Positions 27,215-35,963 of a stretch of 64,000 nt of DNA are shown here, in pieces. Source of the DNA: Escherichia phage W115. A program made the translations under genes and the position numbers. The stretch's first letter is position 1. Each line of letters opens with the position of its first letter. Below the pieces are notes generated by a model, which was not told where the DNA came from, made no database searches, and worked only from the letters and a program-made list of their open reading frames with translations. Location of the stretch: sequence record ON286974. One strand, 5' to 3'.

Positions 27215-27526
27215 TTAAAGTTTTTCCATGATAACGGTCATAATTATATCTTCTGCGCGAGCGGTCAGATTATCAGCGTCAGCATGTGGGCGGTTGGTTG
27301 TTACAGAGATAACACCGTTGCGCACTGGTTTGATGTTGATATCAAGATGATCCGCGAAACGTTCGCCAGTTACAGAATGAATTTTGGTGTTAAATTCTTT
27401 TGCCAGTGCCTTGCGAACTTCACGAATCAGGGTAGCGTTTTTCAGTTGGTTCTCCGCGCTCATGGTCTTCTGGGTGTTCATGGTTCCGTCGAAGTCAATC
27501 ATTGGCAGCGTTACGATGTATTTCAT
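27215..27526 (-). CDS. hypothetical protein (103 aa), paralog of 23918..24205
   Basis: Trimmed to ATG (MKYIVTLPM...); shared ...VRKALAKEFN... motif. Confidence 0.5.
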   Translation of the reverse strand: MKYIVTLPMIDFDGTMNTQKTMSAENQLKNATLIREVRKALAKEFNTKIHSVTGERFADHLDINIKPVRNGVISVTTNRPHADADNLTARAEDIIMTVIMEKL

Positions 27527-27569
27527 TTTTGATTCTCCGTTTAAGAAAGTGTGTTTCGTTTTGATGTGT

Positions 27570-27602
27570 GTAGTATAGGGGATCACCGATCCCCTGTCAA
27601 CA
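27570..27602 (-). promoter_or_regulatory. PeSL early promoter cassette 12
   Basis: TTGACA - palindrome GGGGATCGGTGATCCCC - TATACT. Confidence 0.6.
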
Positions 27603-27612
27603 ACTTTTTGAA

Positions 27613-28089
27613 TTATTTTTCTTGATGCTCGCGATCGTACTTTTCGAAATAAAATTCTACTGGCTGGTCGTGGATTGACAGCAAGCCAAAGCGTTTAGCC
27701 GCTCGCAATCCCATATTGCGCTGAATGTACTTCTGGAAGTTCTCGCGTATACACTTACGCCAGGATTCTAAGCCCATGCAGCTTTTATAAAGATTGCATT
27801 GCACACATGCCGGATTCATGTTATCAAGTATATCATGCTCCGGTTTATGCATTCCTACAACCTTATACTTCCACGATCCATCATCATTACGGGCAATTCG
27901 TCCATTTTCATCATAGACAACCTTTGAGCGTCGTAATACTGGTTTGATATGGTCTGCGTGCCAGCGATCCCCTAGTTCCTCGCCACAATAGGCACAACGT
28001 CCACCGTATTTCATTTTCAGGATCTGACGTTGCTCTTTCTTTGACAATTTTTTAGGTTTAGGGGCTTTCGCCCCTTCATTATCACACAT
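27613..28089 (-). CDS. HNH endonuclease
   Basis: 158 aa; CAYCG ... HADHIKP ... N ... CVQCN (HNH zinc-finger nuclease motif); start overlaps the ligase stop. Confidence 0.7.
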   Translation of the reverse strand: MCDNEGAKAPKPKKLSKKEQRQILKMKYGGRCAYCGEELGDRWHADHIKPVLRRSKVVYDENGRIARNDDGSWKYKVVGMHKPEHDILDNMNPACVQCNLYKSCMGLESWRKCIRENFQKYIQRNMGLRAAKRFGLLSIHDQPVEFYFEKYDREHQEK

Positions 28090-29578
28090 CGAATACCTCT
28101 TTTACTGTATTTGCAGCGGTCTTGTCGTAGCGAATACGTTTGATGATTGGGAGAAATAAAGAGAACTCCGGTTCATCTTCTTTACGTGATTTGCTGCGGA
28201 TATACCCGTTGCATGTCATCTCAATAACTTTTCCAATCAGGTTATGACGGTCAGCCCATAACATTTCTCGGTCGAGTTCATTTCGACGATCGAACGGAAT
28301 TACACGTTCAGTACCATCATCACCTTTTTCGGTTGTAGTGTCGGTTAATCCCGATCCGGTGTTAGTCATCATTCGTCCGCACGCACTACGGACAGTAAAA
28401 CCGCCTACCTTATTGGGGTCTTTACTATGCGGATATACATCAACAATTTCCGCGTCGAAGTCAATCACTTCTTTAAATTTAACCTGATCTTTACTACGGC
28501 GATCTTCAAATACACCATGTAAATTTTTAAGGATAATACCTTCTAATCCCATGTTTACATAGCGATGATATACTTCGCGAGCTTCGTCGATGTTGTTAAC
28601 TACAGTATTTTCGATTATCTGAACACGAGGATCGTTAAGTTCTTCAACAATCTGTTTTAGTTCTTCGAATCGATCTTTATATTGCTTCGTTGCTTTCTCG
28701 TTTCCGTAATACACATCACGGTCGATAACATCCCAGACAGTGTAAACAATACATTGGGCTTCTTCTTTTGGAATAGTTCCTTTAAGTGATTTGTTGAGTA
28801 TACCATTTCCGGTCTGACGATCTGCAACAACGGATTCTTTCACTGCTTCCGCTACTGGCGTTAATGGCATTTCCTCTTCTTCAAATATCCATGACAGAGT
28901 ACCATCATAAACGCTTTCAACGAAGTTCTGCGCTGGTGTTTGCGAAAGGGTAGGCATATATACCAATTCGCCATCTAGAACAATTCCACGGCCTCGTAGA
29001 CGCTCTAAAACCGCAAACAAATCATCAAGCCCTTGATAGGTATTACCTGAGCGGGTATAGATTGCTAATGTTTCCCCGTCAATATCAGCCATACCACGAG
29101 CGCCATCGCTTTTAAGTTGTGCATACGCCGGATACTTGATATTAGCAATAGTCTTATCAGAACATGACGATGCAAGGTGGCACGGTTGCTGAGGGATCAG
29201 TTTCTTCCATACCTTGTTTGCGGTGGTAGCGGAACAACCGCATTCCAGATCACGATTCAGGACCATCATTGCAACTTTAGCATCATCCTCTGACAAGCAA
29301 GTCAGAGTATCGGTAACTAGCTGTAATGCTGCATTACCAGTTACTTGACGCGTGGCAAGTTTATTTTTAAAGACCTGTAATGCACCGGATAAAGACAATA
29401 CAGACGAATAGCGAGACGGTTTATCGTATTTCTTTACGCCAAACGTAACCTGTTTGCAATATGCCAGATAAAAGCATTCTTTCAGCGTTTCATTGCTCGC
29501 GGATTCTTTCAGAATCTTTTCTTTCAGCGATGTTTTGTCTGTTGCTGCAAGCTGGTTAATGATATTAAGAATTGACAT
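28082..29578 (-). CDS. 30: ATP-dependent DNA ligase gp30
   Basis: About 498 aa; nucleotidyltransferase KxDG motif (LKSDGARG); size and position as T4 gene 30; start set to ATG with GAGGTG RBS (the track start is a GTG). Confidence 0.9.
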   Translation of the reverse strand: MSILNIINQLAATDKTSLKEKILKESASNETLKECFYLAYCKQVTFGVKKYDKPSRYSSVLSLSGALQVFKNKLATRQVTGNAALQLVTDTLTCLSEDDAKVAMMVLNRDLECGCSATTANKVWKKLIPQQPCHLASSCSDKTIANIKYPAYAQLKSDGARGMADIDGETLAIYTRSGNTYQGLDDLFAVLERLRGRGIVLDGELVYMPTLSQTPAQNFVESVYDGTLSWIFEEEEMPLTPVAEAVKESVVADRQTGNGILNKSLKGTIPKEEAQCIVYTVWDVIDRDVYYGNEKATKQYKDRFEELKQIVEELNDPRVQIIENTVVNNIDEAREVYHRYVNMGLEGIILKNLHGVFEDRRSKDQVKFKEVIDFDAEIVDVYPHSKDPNKVGGFTVRSACGRMMTNTGSGLTDTTTEKGDDGTERVIPFDRRNELDREMLWADRHNLIGKVIEMTCNGYIRSKSRKEDEPEFSLFLPIIKRIRYDKTAANTVKEVFDV

Positions 29579-30044
29579 TTTCACCTCGTTTTGTTAAACG
29601 TTCACGAATATCATTGAGGATACTACAAAATTCCGATTCAGTCAATATAGTCTTTAACGGATCAGTTCCACCTATGCTATGACGTAATTTCTTATTTCCG
29701 GTAGCAAGTAATGCTTTACAAAATTCTGGGTTATTCCGTGCCATCGTAACAAATGCCAGATGTACCAGTCTGTAATAATGCTCACTCATTCGATGAATCG
29801 GGCGACCCTGAAAATATAACATGTGATTCTCAATCTTTTCAGTTCTTCCGGTTCTTTTTGCTTTGCCACCGTGCATCAAAAAGATTTCTCTTTGTCTCTG
29901 AGGGTTCTTAAATCTTAGCCCCTGTAAAAATCCTTCTGTGCTGTTAATATCGCAGCCAAATAAACGGAATGGTCTTTTATTGAAATTACTCAATTCACCC
30001 GATGGATAAGGTCCACCCGCATAGATATCAATTTCAGAAGTCAT
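29565..30044 (-). CDS. NADAR (YbiA-like) domain protein
   Basis: 159 aa; IYAGGPYPSGELSNFNKRPF...STEGFLQGLRF...NPEFCKALLATGNKKL... matches the NADAR/DUF1768 pattern (F..G.LSNF ... sEh.fQA.KF ... LL.TG). Confidence 0.65.
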   Translation of the reverse strand: MTSEIDIYAGGPYPSGELSNFNKRPFRLFGCDINSTEGFLQGLRFKNPQRQREIFLMHGGKAKRTGRTEKIENHMLYFQGRPIHRMSEHYYRLVHLAFVTMARNNPEFCKALLATGNKKLRHSIGGTDPLKTILTESEFCSILNDIRERLTKRGENVNS

Positions 30045-30198
30045 TGAAACTAATCTCGCTAATCAGAGAGAACGGATCATAATCGTCATTAGGAATATCG
30101 ATAGTAATCGAATGAGGATTTACCCATACACCAAACTGGTCTTCTTCGGTGAATACTTCGGTATGGATTTCGTGGATGTTTACATTCATAGTTTTCAT
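30034..30198 (-). CDS. small hypothetical protein (54 aa)
   Basis: Trimmed to ATG (MKTMNVNIHEIH...) with AAGGAA RBS. Confidence 0.35.
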   Translation of the reverse strand: MKTMNVNIHEIHTEVFTEEDQFGVWVNPHSITIDIPNDDYDPFSLISEISFNDF

Positions 30199-30244
30199 AA
30201 TAAATTCCTTAATAATCAATAACTTACAAAATCATATAGCCAAA

Positions 30245-30275
30245 ATATAGGCGGGATTATTTCCCGCCGTTTAAA
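30245..30275 (-). terminator. intrinsic terminator downstream of gene 31
   Basis: ggcggga-aataat-cccgcc hairpin then U-run on the minus strand. Confidence 0.55.
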
Positions 30276-30279
30276 ATCA

Positions 30280-30603
30280 TTAACCGTAAACTACCACAAT
30301 ATTCTGTTTGTGCGTTACAGTCCATTTCAGGTCGATCTCTTCTTCCTTCTTAACGCCGTTAATAACGTCTGGATGAGGAACTTTATTCATCTTGCCATGT
30401 GGCAGTAGAACAGTTTTACCCAGCAATTCTTTATCTACCGTCTCGCCAATATCAATAATCTTACCTACCAGCGGAATCTCGCCCATAGTGCGCTTTTGCT
30501 CAATAATGATCCCCATAGAGCTTTTTACTTCTGTCCCTGCGCTTTCTGCTTTAGCTTCAATGATCACATAGTCACCAAGTGCTTTAGGAGTTTTAACGGT
30601 CAT
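30280..30603 (-). CDS. 31: co-chaperonin gp31 (GroES-like)
   Basis: 107 aa; GroES-like pattern (GDYVII...KSSMGIII...); position next to cd as in T4. Confidence 0.8.
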   Translation of the reverse strand: MTVKTPKALGDYVIIEAKAESAGTEVKSSMGIIIEQKRTMGEIPLVGKIIDIGETVDKELLGKTVLLPHGKMNKVPHPDVINGVKKEEEIDLKWTVTHKQNIVVVYG

Positions 30604-30644
30604 AATTTTATTACCTCTTCAAATCAATACAGTTTAATGATGAA

Positions 30645-30965
30645 TTATTTATAAATTTCGACGATCTGCGCTGGAGTCAGCCCGTCTACATTAATCAGAC
30701 TATCAAGCCCAAAACTACGGAAACCTTCAACTGCAATTTCATATACTGGCAAAGATGTTTCTGATTCTTTACGCGGTTTTTCAACATTCGGAACTAACCA
30801 CTTTTCGTATGTTTCAAACGGCATCAGTGCCGGATCTCGCGTGGCGATCATCTCACGGACAGTACCATCTTTCTTAGTAAACTGCAAAGAGTGAGTACCG
30901 ACCGAAAACATTTTCTTTAGTGCTTCACGAAGTGCGATATTATCAACTTGTTCAGTCATTATCAA
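30645..30965 (-). CDS. hypothetical protein (106 aa)
   Basis: Track ORF between cd and gene 31. Confidence 0.5.
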   Translation of the reverse strand: MIMTEQVDNIALREALKKMFSVGTHSLQFTKKDGTVREMIATRDPALMPFETYEKWLVPNVEKPRKESETSLPVYEIAVEGFRSFGLDSLINVDGLTPAQIVEIYK

Positions 30966-31458
30966 TACCCTTCAAATCAGTCAATAATGCTTTTGGAATA
31001 CGAGTAACCGTAATGTCGGCTTTATCCAAAATATCAGCCCAATCACGCCCACCATTTCGATCATATGTGTCGCAATAGTATAGATGTTTAATACCACTGT
31101 TTGCAATTGCTTTAGCGCAATCTGGACACGGTGAAGCAGTACACCACATACTAGCGCCTTCAATCGATACACCGCTACGGGCAGCAAACAAAATAGCATT
31201 TAATTCAGCATGGATCTCGTTTTTCTGTGACCATGCACTATGTTCTGGTCGTTTTTCTGGGATCATTTTTCCGTCATCATCCAGCCAACCGCTTTTATGT
31301 GCATGACAGCTACAATTTACTTGCCCTGCTGGAGTGCCATTAAATCCAGTAGAAATGATTCGCCCGTCTTTTTCGATCAGTGCGCCTACCTTCCACGAAA
31401 CGCATTTAGAGTTCTTTGCGATTAGATAAGCGATCTGCATGTAAGTTTGTGACAACAT
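30952..31458 (-). CDS. cd: dCMP deaminase
   Basis: 168 aa; zinc-binding HAELNAI and PCPDCAKAI motifs; high similarity to T4 Cd. Confidence 0.9.
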   Translation of the reverse strand: MLSQTYMQIAYLIAKNSKCVSWKVGALIEKDGRIISTGFNGTPAGQVNCSCHAHKSGWLDDDGKMIPEKRPEHSAWSQKNEIHAELNAILFAARSGVSIEGASMWCTASPCPDCAKAIANSGIKHLYYCDTYDRNGGRDWADILDKADITVTRIPKALLTDLKGIDND

Positions 31459-31479
31459 AATATAATCCTCACATATTAA

Positions 31480-31683
31480 TTAACCGTATACGCGAAAGTA
31501 TTCTACTGATCCGTCGCTATACTGTTTTACATTGAATGTATTCACGCCATGATCATTGCTCATAATGACATACACACTGCGACGCTCATCACTAAACGGG
31601 TTAACTGGTGCTGGTTCAATTTCAACATTAAAACCACGTTTAGCAAGTGCTTCGCCTAATTGCTTGAGTTTATCGGTAAACAT
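31480..31683 (-). CDS. hypothetical protein (67 aa)
   Basis: Track ORF. Confidence 0.45.
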   Translation of the reverse strand: MFTDKLKQLGEALAKRGFNVEIEPAPVNPFSDERRSVYVIMSNDHGVNTFNVKQYSDGSVEYFRVYG

Positions 31684-32582
31684 TAAAAGTCTCCGTAGTT
31701 AACCTGAAAACATTCTACACCAATTGAGCGATACATGTCAACCACTTGATCACGGTCATCTACTGCCAAAACAACATGATATCGCGGTGCAATTTCAGAG
31801 AAGAAAATCTCTTTCTTTACTTCATGATCAGGACGACGATCATTAGTTTCACGTTGAAAGTGATCACTAGGTTCAATACCCTGTTCACGCAACCATTGCA
31901 GAGTATCTTCTTCGCAAACATCCTCACGACCTGAGCATGTAATGATACGATAGCCATTATCACGATACAGTTTAAGCATTTCGATCACTTGCGGACGTGG
32001 TTTATCTTCTTTGACCTTTGTCCAGTCAAACGGATGACGACCGCCCTTATCCGCTAATGTTCCATCAATATCAAAGATCACTGCCTTTGGCAGCATAGTA
32101 TTCGGTTTGTATACTTCTTGACCCATATATTCCTGCATCAGATAAAATTGGTTGCGCAAATGAGAAAGTGGAATTGCTTTCTCGCCGCGATAGAAATTAC
32201 GTTTCTTTAGTGTCTCAAATGATTCATTGAACACTTGTTCAGTATACACCGCGTTAAATTCTTTTGCAAGTTCTTTGTAGAATACACGATGTTTTTCTTT
32301 CAGGTTGGTATCGGAGATAATGATACTCAATCCGCGTGATAGAGTCTCACGAGCAATCATTCTCTGAATAGACTCTACCAGCTTTTCTTTTTCCTTAGTA
32401 TACTTGTATTTCAAATGTGAGTAAACACCAAACAACATAAGACGAAGATCATCACGATTCACATTACGATAATTACTAAACCGTTTACATGTTTCCATCG
32501 CCCATGTAGTTTTACCGGACCCAGAACAACCAACGGTTAAAATCACTTCACATTTCGGCATTATTTCTCCTTCGGTTTGCAC
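31683..32582 (-). CDS. pseT: polynucleotide 5'-kinase / 3'-phosphatase
   Basis: 299 aa; N-terminal P-loop GCSGSGKT and C-terminal HAD phosphatase motif FDIDGTLA; size as T4 Pnk. Confidence 0.9.
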   Translation of the reverse strand: MQTEGEIMPKCEVILTVGCSGSGKTTWAMETCKRFSNYRNVNRDDLRLMLFGVYSHLKYKYTKEKEKLVESIQRMIARETLSRGLSIIISDTNLKEKHRVFYKELAKEFNAVYTEQVFNESFETLKKRNFYRGEKAIPLSHLRNQFYLMQEYMGQEVYKPNTMLPKAVIFDIDGTLADKGGRHPFDWTKVKEDKPRPQVIEMLKLYRDNGYRIITCSGREDVCEEDTLQWLREQGIEPSDHFQRETNDRRPDHEVKKEIFFSEIAPRYHVVLAVDDRDQVVDMYRSIGVECFQVNYGDF

Positions 32583-33013
32583 CGTTCCTCATTAAGTTCT
32601 TTTCGATAATAACACATGATCAACTTACTTTCAAGTGTATATCTCTTAATATCCGCAAGCCAGACTCTGAATTTTTGGGAGTCCTCCCACGACATAGAAA
32701 CTCTAGGTTTACCGTCTATTGTATCAACTTTCAGGTCAATGTCAACTTTTTCTATTGGTGCTGGTAGTGGAGGATGTAATTTCGGTTCCTGTGAATAATG
32801 GTCCATTGTACACGAAGAAAGCGCAAATACAATAGGCACAGCGAAGACATGGATTATGGCGGTCTGAAAATTCTTATGTGCTTTCTTAAACATCCAGTGT
32901 ATCACGAAAATTGAAAACACCATCAGGATAATAATGCTTGCACCTATCCACAGATAATCAACCAGATTAAAATTGCTTATCTGCTCTTGTGTAGACAATA
33001 TTTCTATGCTCAT
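32561..33013 (-). CDS. membrane protein (two predicted TM helices)
   Basis: 150 aa; hydrophobic segments IGASIIILMVFSIFVIHWMF and IIHVFAVPIVFALSS. Confidence 0.5.
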   Translation of the reverse strand: MSIEILSTQEQISNFNLVDYLWIGASIIILMVFSIFVIHWMFKKAHKNFQTAIIHVFAVPIVFALSSCTMDHYSQEPKLHPPLPAPIEKVDIDLKVDTIDGKPRVSMSWEDSQKFRVWLADIKRYTLESKLIMCYYRKELNEERCKPKEK

Positions 33014-33333
33014 TTAGTAGCCTCCCTTAACTCTTCGGTAAACTCCTTAAATGAATCATTAAGCTGTTTCTCTACCAACTTGGGTTTTTGTGCTACTACA
33101 TAGCCTCGTGTAGCGTCTTTCATTGCTTTGTTTTGTTCTTCTGCAAACTTAGTTCTTATTCCGTACATCTCCTTTTGTAGTGAGTCTACGACCTTCATCT
33201 TTTCATCGGTCTTTTTCTTATACTCTGTAAATTCCCGATTCAGTCGATCTACCTCCTTTTTATTTTCCCACCACATATTGCCACCTACCCCTAGCAACAC
33301 AGAGATGATAACAATGTATATCAGCTTTGACAT
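33010..33333 (-). CDS. membrane-anchored coiled-coil protein
   Basis: Trimmed to ATG (MSKLIYIVIISVLLGV...); N-terminal TM helix then charged helical region. Confidence 0.45.
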   Translation of the reverse strand: MSKLIYIVIISVLLGVGGNMWWENKKEVDRLNREFTEYKKKTDEKMKVVDSLQKEMYGIRTKFAEEQNKAMKDATRGYVVAQKPKLVEKQLNDSFKEFTEELREATK

Positions 33334-33344
33334 ATTACCCCCAA

Positions 33345-33375
33345 CGACAAAAGGCGGGGAACTAGCCCCGCTTAT
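33345..33375 (-). terminator. intrinsic terminator downstream of rnlA
   Basis: gcgggg-ctagtt-ccccgcc hairpin plus T-run on the minus strand. Confidence 0.5.
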
Positions 33376-33377
33376 TA

Positions 33378-34547
33378 TTACCAATCAATCTTATCAGCCG
33401 GAATCAGTTTCTTATAATTCCGTAGATAGTAAGTTTTCATTGAATCCAGAATACGGTCATAATCAAGACCATCAAATGCAATCATCAGACACATGAAAAT
33501 ATATGCTTGTGCATCACCATGTTTACGTGATTCGATAGTCGCATTGGATGCATATGTCTTTCTGTCTTCTCCCGCGTGTGCGTTATAAAATTCTGTTGCT
33601 GTCGTGAAGGCATTGCGAAGAATAGACCTGAATGCCTCCTCGAATAGCTCGATTCGTTCCAGTGCTTCCGGTTCGCCTTCATATGCAGCACGCAAATCAT
33701 CGGTTTCGCTTTCTACGACATAGTAGATCAGATTATTAGGAAACATCGATGTGTTTTTAATGTTATGCACACCAATATACCATTCACTCTTCACTTTGAA
33801 CATTTGACCGTCTTTAGTGCGTGCAACAATTCCTTCGATACCTTCTGCGGTCCGAACTTCATCAAGAATATTGCTAAAACGCGCTGAATCAACCTGTAAC
33901 GCATTTACCAGATGAGGACGTAGGATTGCGTCAGCAAATAGCATTTGATGCGGTACGTACTCTCCTGTGACGTTATGGCGTACATTCAGAAGTGTTAGCG
34001 ACGGTTCAGAATATTCTACAACAATTCGGTTGCTGGGTGCTGTATATTCAAAGTTGAAAGTATAATCAGACCCAATATCAGCAATCTTAGCGCGTAGATC
34101 CGCATACTTCTCTGAATACAGAAGACCGTTTGCTCTCTCTGCCTGGCTTGAGTACAAGGCCGCTTTAGACTTCAACTGAACATAGCCGTTATCAATGTAG
34201 GTGCTTACTAGACTACCGTCCATTTTGTCCATGACCATTTCCACATCTTCCGGCTTAAAGCGAGCGCGATCATTCTCGCCTAAATTAAAAAACTTCTCCA
34301 TAGGACGAGATGCAATGCGGACCGGACGACCTTTATCGTCAATTTCAAACATGATCCCGCGACACTCTAACGCATCTGGTTTATTCCACATTTCCGGTTT
34401 GCTCAAGTACAGATAACTAAAAATGCGCATACGGGTTTGCATCGCCGTAATTTCATCTTTGTAATAGAACGTATCAGATCCGTCACATAGTGCCATCAGA
34501 TTTTTGAACAATGCTAAAACTTTTTTGTTGTTTTCTTTTGTTGACAT
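33378..34547 (-). CDS. rnlA: RNA ligase 1
   Basis: 389 aa; KxDG nucleotidyltransferase motif (MDKMDGSLVSTY); LPDALECRGIMFE..PVRIASRPMEKFFNL as in T4 Rnl1. Confidence 0.85.
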   Translation of the reverse strand: MSTKENNKKVLALFKNLMALCDGSDTFYYKDEITAMQTRMRIFSYLYLSKPEMWNKPDALECRGIMFEIDDKGRPVRIASRPMEKFFNLGENDRARFKPEDVEMVMDKMDGSLVSTYIDNGYVQLKSKAALYSSQAERANGLLYSEKYADLRAKIADIGSDYTFNFEYTAPSNRIVVEYSEPSLTLLNVRHNVTGEYVPHQMLFADAILRPHLVNALQVDSARFSNILDEVRTAEGIEGIVARTKDGQMFKVKSEWYIGVHNIKNTSMFPNNLIYYVVESETDDLRAAYEGEPEALERIELFEEAFRSILRNAFTTATEFYNAHAGEDRKTYASNATIESRKHGDAQAYIFMCLMIAFDGLDYDRILDSMKTYYLRNYKKLIPADKIDW

Positions 34548-34944
34548 AATTTGTGTTCCATTCTGGTTTAAATTTGGTGATCAAAACAGGTTCTTCGATA
34601 TCGGCAGTGCTTATAATATCCTTACCCGTTGGATTCTCGATGTACAACTCAAAGCACTGTCGGTAATAGAATGTTACTGTCTTACCTTCCTCTAGCGCCT
34701 TATGAATATTCTTACTCTTGCGAGTATCCGCTGTTGGTGTTTGTCTGTTAATGCTAGTCCGGTAATAATTGATCCGCTTTCTGAGATTGACAGTCTGACC
34801 AATGTATACCAGTTCATCATCAACAACAATAGCGTAAAGAACATTTAAACGGTTCTTCTGAGGCGGCAGAATCACATCACCATCTTTACACTCTAAACAT
34901 GAATATTTAACGAATCCATAGTTTTCTATTAGCTCATTAATCAT
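34483..34944 (-). CDS. denA: endonuclease II (GIY-YIG family)
   Basis: 153 aa; VLYAIVVDDELVYIGQTVNLRKRINYYRT nearly identical to the T4 EndoII GIY-YIG block. Confidence 0.85.
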   Translation of the reverse strand: MINELIENYGFVKYSCLECKDGDVILPPQKNRLNVLYAIVVDDELVYIGQTVNLRKRINYYRTSINRQTPTADTRKSKNIHKALEEGKTVTFYYRQCFELYIENPTGKDIISTADIEEPVLITKFKPEWNTNYVNKRKQQKSFSIVQKSDGTM

Positions 34945-34959
34945 TATCCTTTCCTCACG

Positions 34960-34992
34960 TCACAACAAAGGCGGGATTTCTCCCGCCCACCT
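34960..34992 (-). terminator. intrinsic terminator
   Basis: ggcggga-gaaat-cccgcc hairpin plus T-run on the minus strand. Confidence 0.5.
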
Positions 34993-34994
34993 TA

Positions 34995-35393
34995 TTAACT
35001 TTCCAGAATATCGCGAGCTTCGTTACGCTCCTTGATGATTTTCAGGACAAATTCCAGTTTTTCTTTGTTCAGTGTTCCGTTTTCCATTGCTTCTTTGACG
35101 GTAAACACTCCGCCACCTTGCCCGTATACAGTGACAGTGATTTCACCTAACATCGTGGTATGAAAACCGCCAATTTTCGGTGATTCGAAAGAAACAATTA
35201 CCTCGCGAACAGTATTACCGTCGTTGATTTCTGAGAGGGTAATGTCGTTTTTGTAGGCGGTTGCTTTAACCATACGGATCAGCATAGTCTGATCTGGGGA
35301 GATGGTCATTTTGTCCATTGCATGTTGCAATGCAGCGTAACCGAAAACTTTAACGAAGTCCAGAACATCTTTGCGAGTTTGAAATTTAATCAT
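34995..35393 (-). CDS. hypothetical protein (132 aa)
   Basis: Track ORF downstream of PeSL 13. Confidence 0.5.
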   Translation of the reverse strand: MIKFQTRKDVLDFVKVFGYAALQHAMDKMTISPDQTMLIRMVKATAYKNDITLSEINDGNTVREVIVSFESPKIGGFHTTMLGEITVTVYGQGGGVFTVKEAMENGTLNKEKLEFVLKIIKERNEARDILES

Positions 35394-35417
35394 CTTGGTA
35401 CTCCTTAGTTGTTTTGG

Positions 35418-35458
35418 TGTGGGAGTATCTTACTACTCCCGTGATATGCTGTCAACTG
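35418..35458 (-). promoter_or_regulatory. PeSL early promoter cassette 13
   Basis: TTGACA ... stem GGGAGTAGTAAGATACTCCC. Confidence 0.55.
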
Positions 35459-35463
35459 CTTTT

Positions 35464-35613
35464 TTATGCAACCGCAAACATCAACATTTGAACATTCTTG
35501 GCTGTCTGGCTTTCAAAGTTCTGACATTCTTTGATAATGTCCTCTACTTTCTCGCCGGAGATCTCCGCGTAAGTTTCGATTGCCATTTTCAGTACCGCGT
35601 CAAAGTTGTTCAT
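35464..35613 (-). CDS. small hypothetical protein (49 aa)
   Basis: Manual ORF between two PeSLs (MNNFDAVLKMAIETY...). Confidence 0.3.
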   Translation of the reverse strand: MNNFDAVLKMAIETYAEISGEKVEDIIKECQNFESQTAKNVQMLMFAVA

Positions 35614-35643
35614 TTGATTCTCCTTAAAGTGTATTTCGTTTCG

Positions 35644-35683
35644 ATGGGGGTATATTACTACCCCCGTTTCATGCTGTCAACTA
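35644..35683 (-). promoter_or_regulatory. PeSL early promoter cassette 14
   Basis: TTGACA ... stem GGGGGTAGTAATATACCCCC; GGAGAATCAAA before ATG. Confidence 0.55.
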
Positions 35684-35899
35684 CTTTTTAATGACAAGTT
35701 CGAATTTTGCTACCTTGCGTCCTCGTTTATTGAAAGCAACCCACGGACGGTTTTCAATGTAGAACAATTCTTCACCAATAATGAATACTGGCTGATTGTA
35801 AAGGCGACCCATCAGGTCACGCTGGCGAATGGTAGTAGATTCGTATACTTCGCCTACTACAAAGTGTTTGCTGATAGAGTCGGTGCAAGTAAATTTCAT
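35681..35899 (-). CDS. hypothetical protein (72 aa)
   Basis: Track ORF. Confidence 0.5.
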   Translation of the reverse strand: MKFTCTDSISKHFVVGEVYESTTIRQRDLMGRLYNQPVFIIGEELFYIENRPWVAFNKRGRKVAKFELVIKK

Positions 35900-35921
35900 T
35901 TTGATTCTCCTTTGTTTTCTT

Positions 35922-35963
35922 GATGGGAGTATCTTACTACCCCCCGTTATTCAGTGTCAACTA
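35922..35963 (-). promoter_or_regulatory. PeSL early promoter cassette 15
   Basis: TTGACA ... stem GGGGGTAGTAAGATACTCCC. Confidence 0.55.

Noticed and set aside
19603-27612. Possible CRISPR array suggested by many similar repeated elements
   Set aside because: The repeats are promoters of variable spacing (roughly 170-400 bp), each followed by an ORF with an RBS; there are no short uniform spacers and no cas genes
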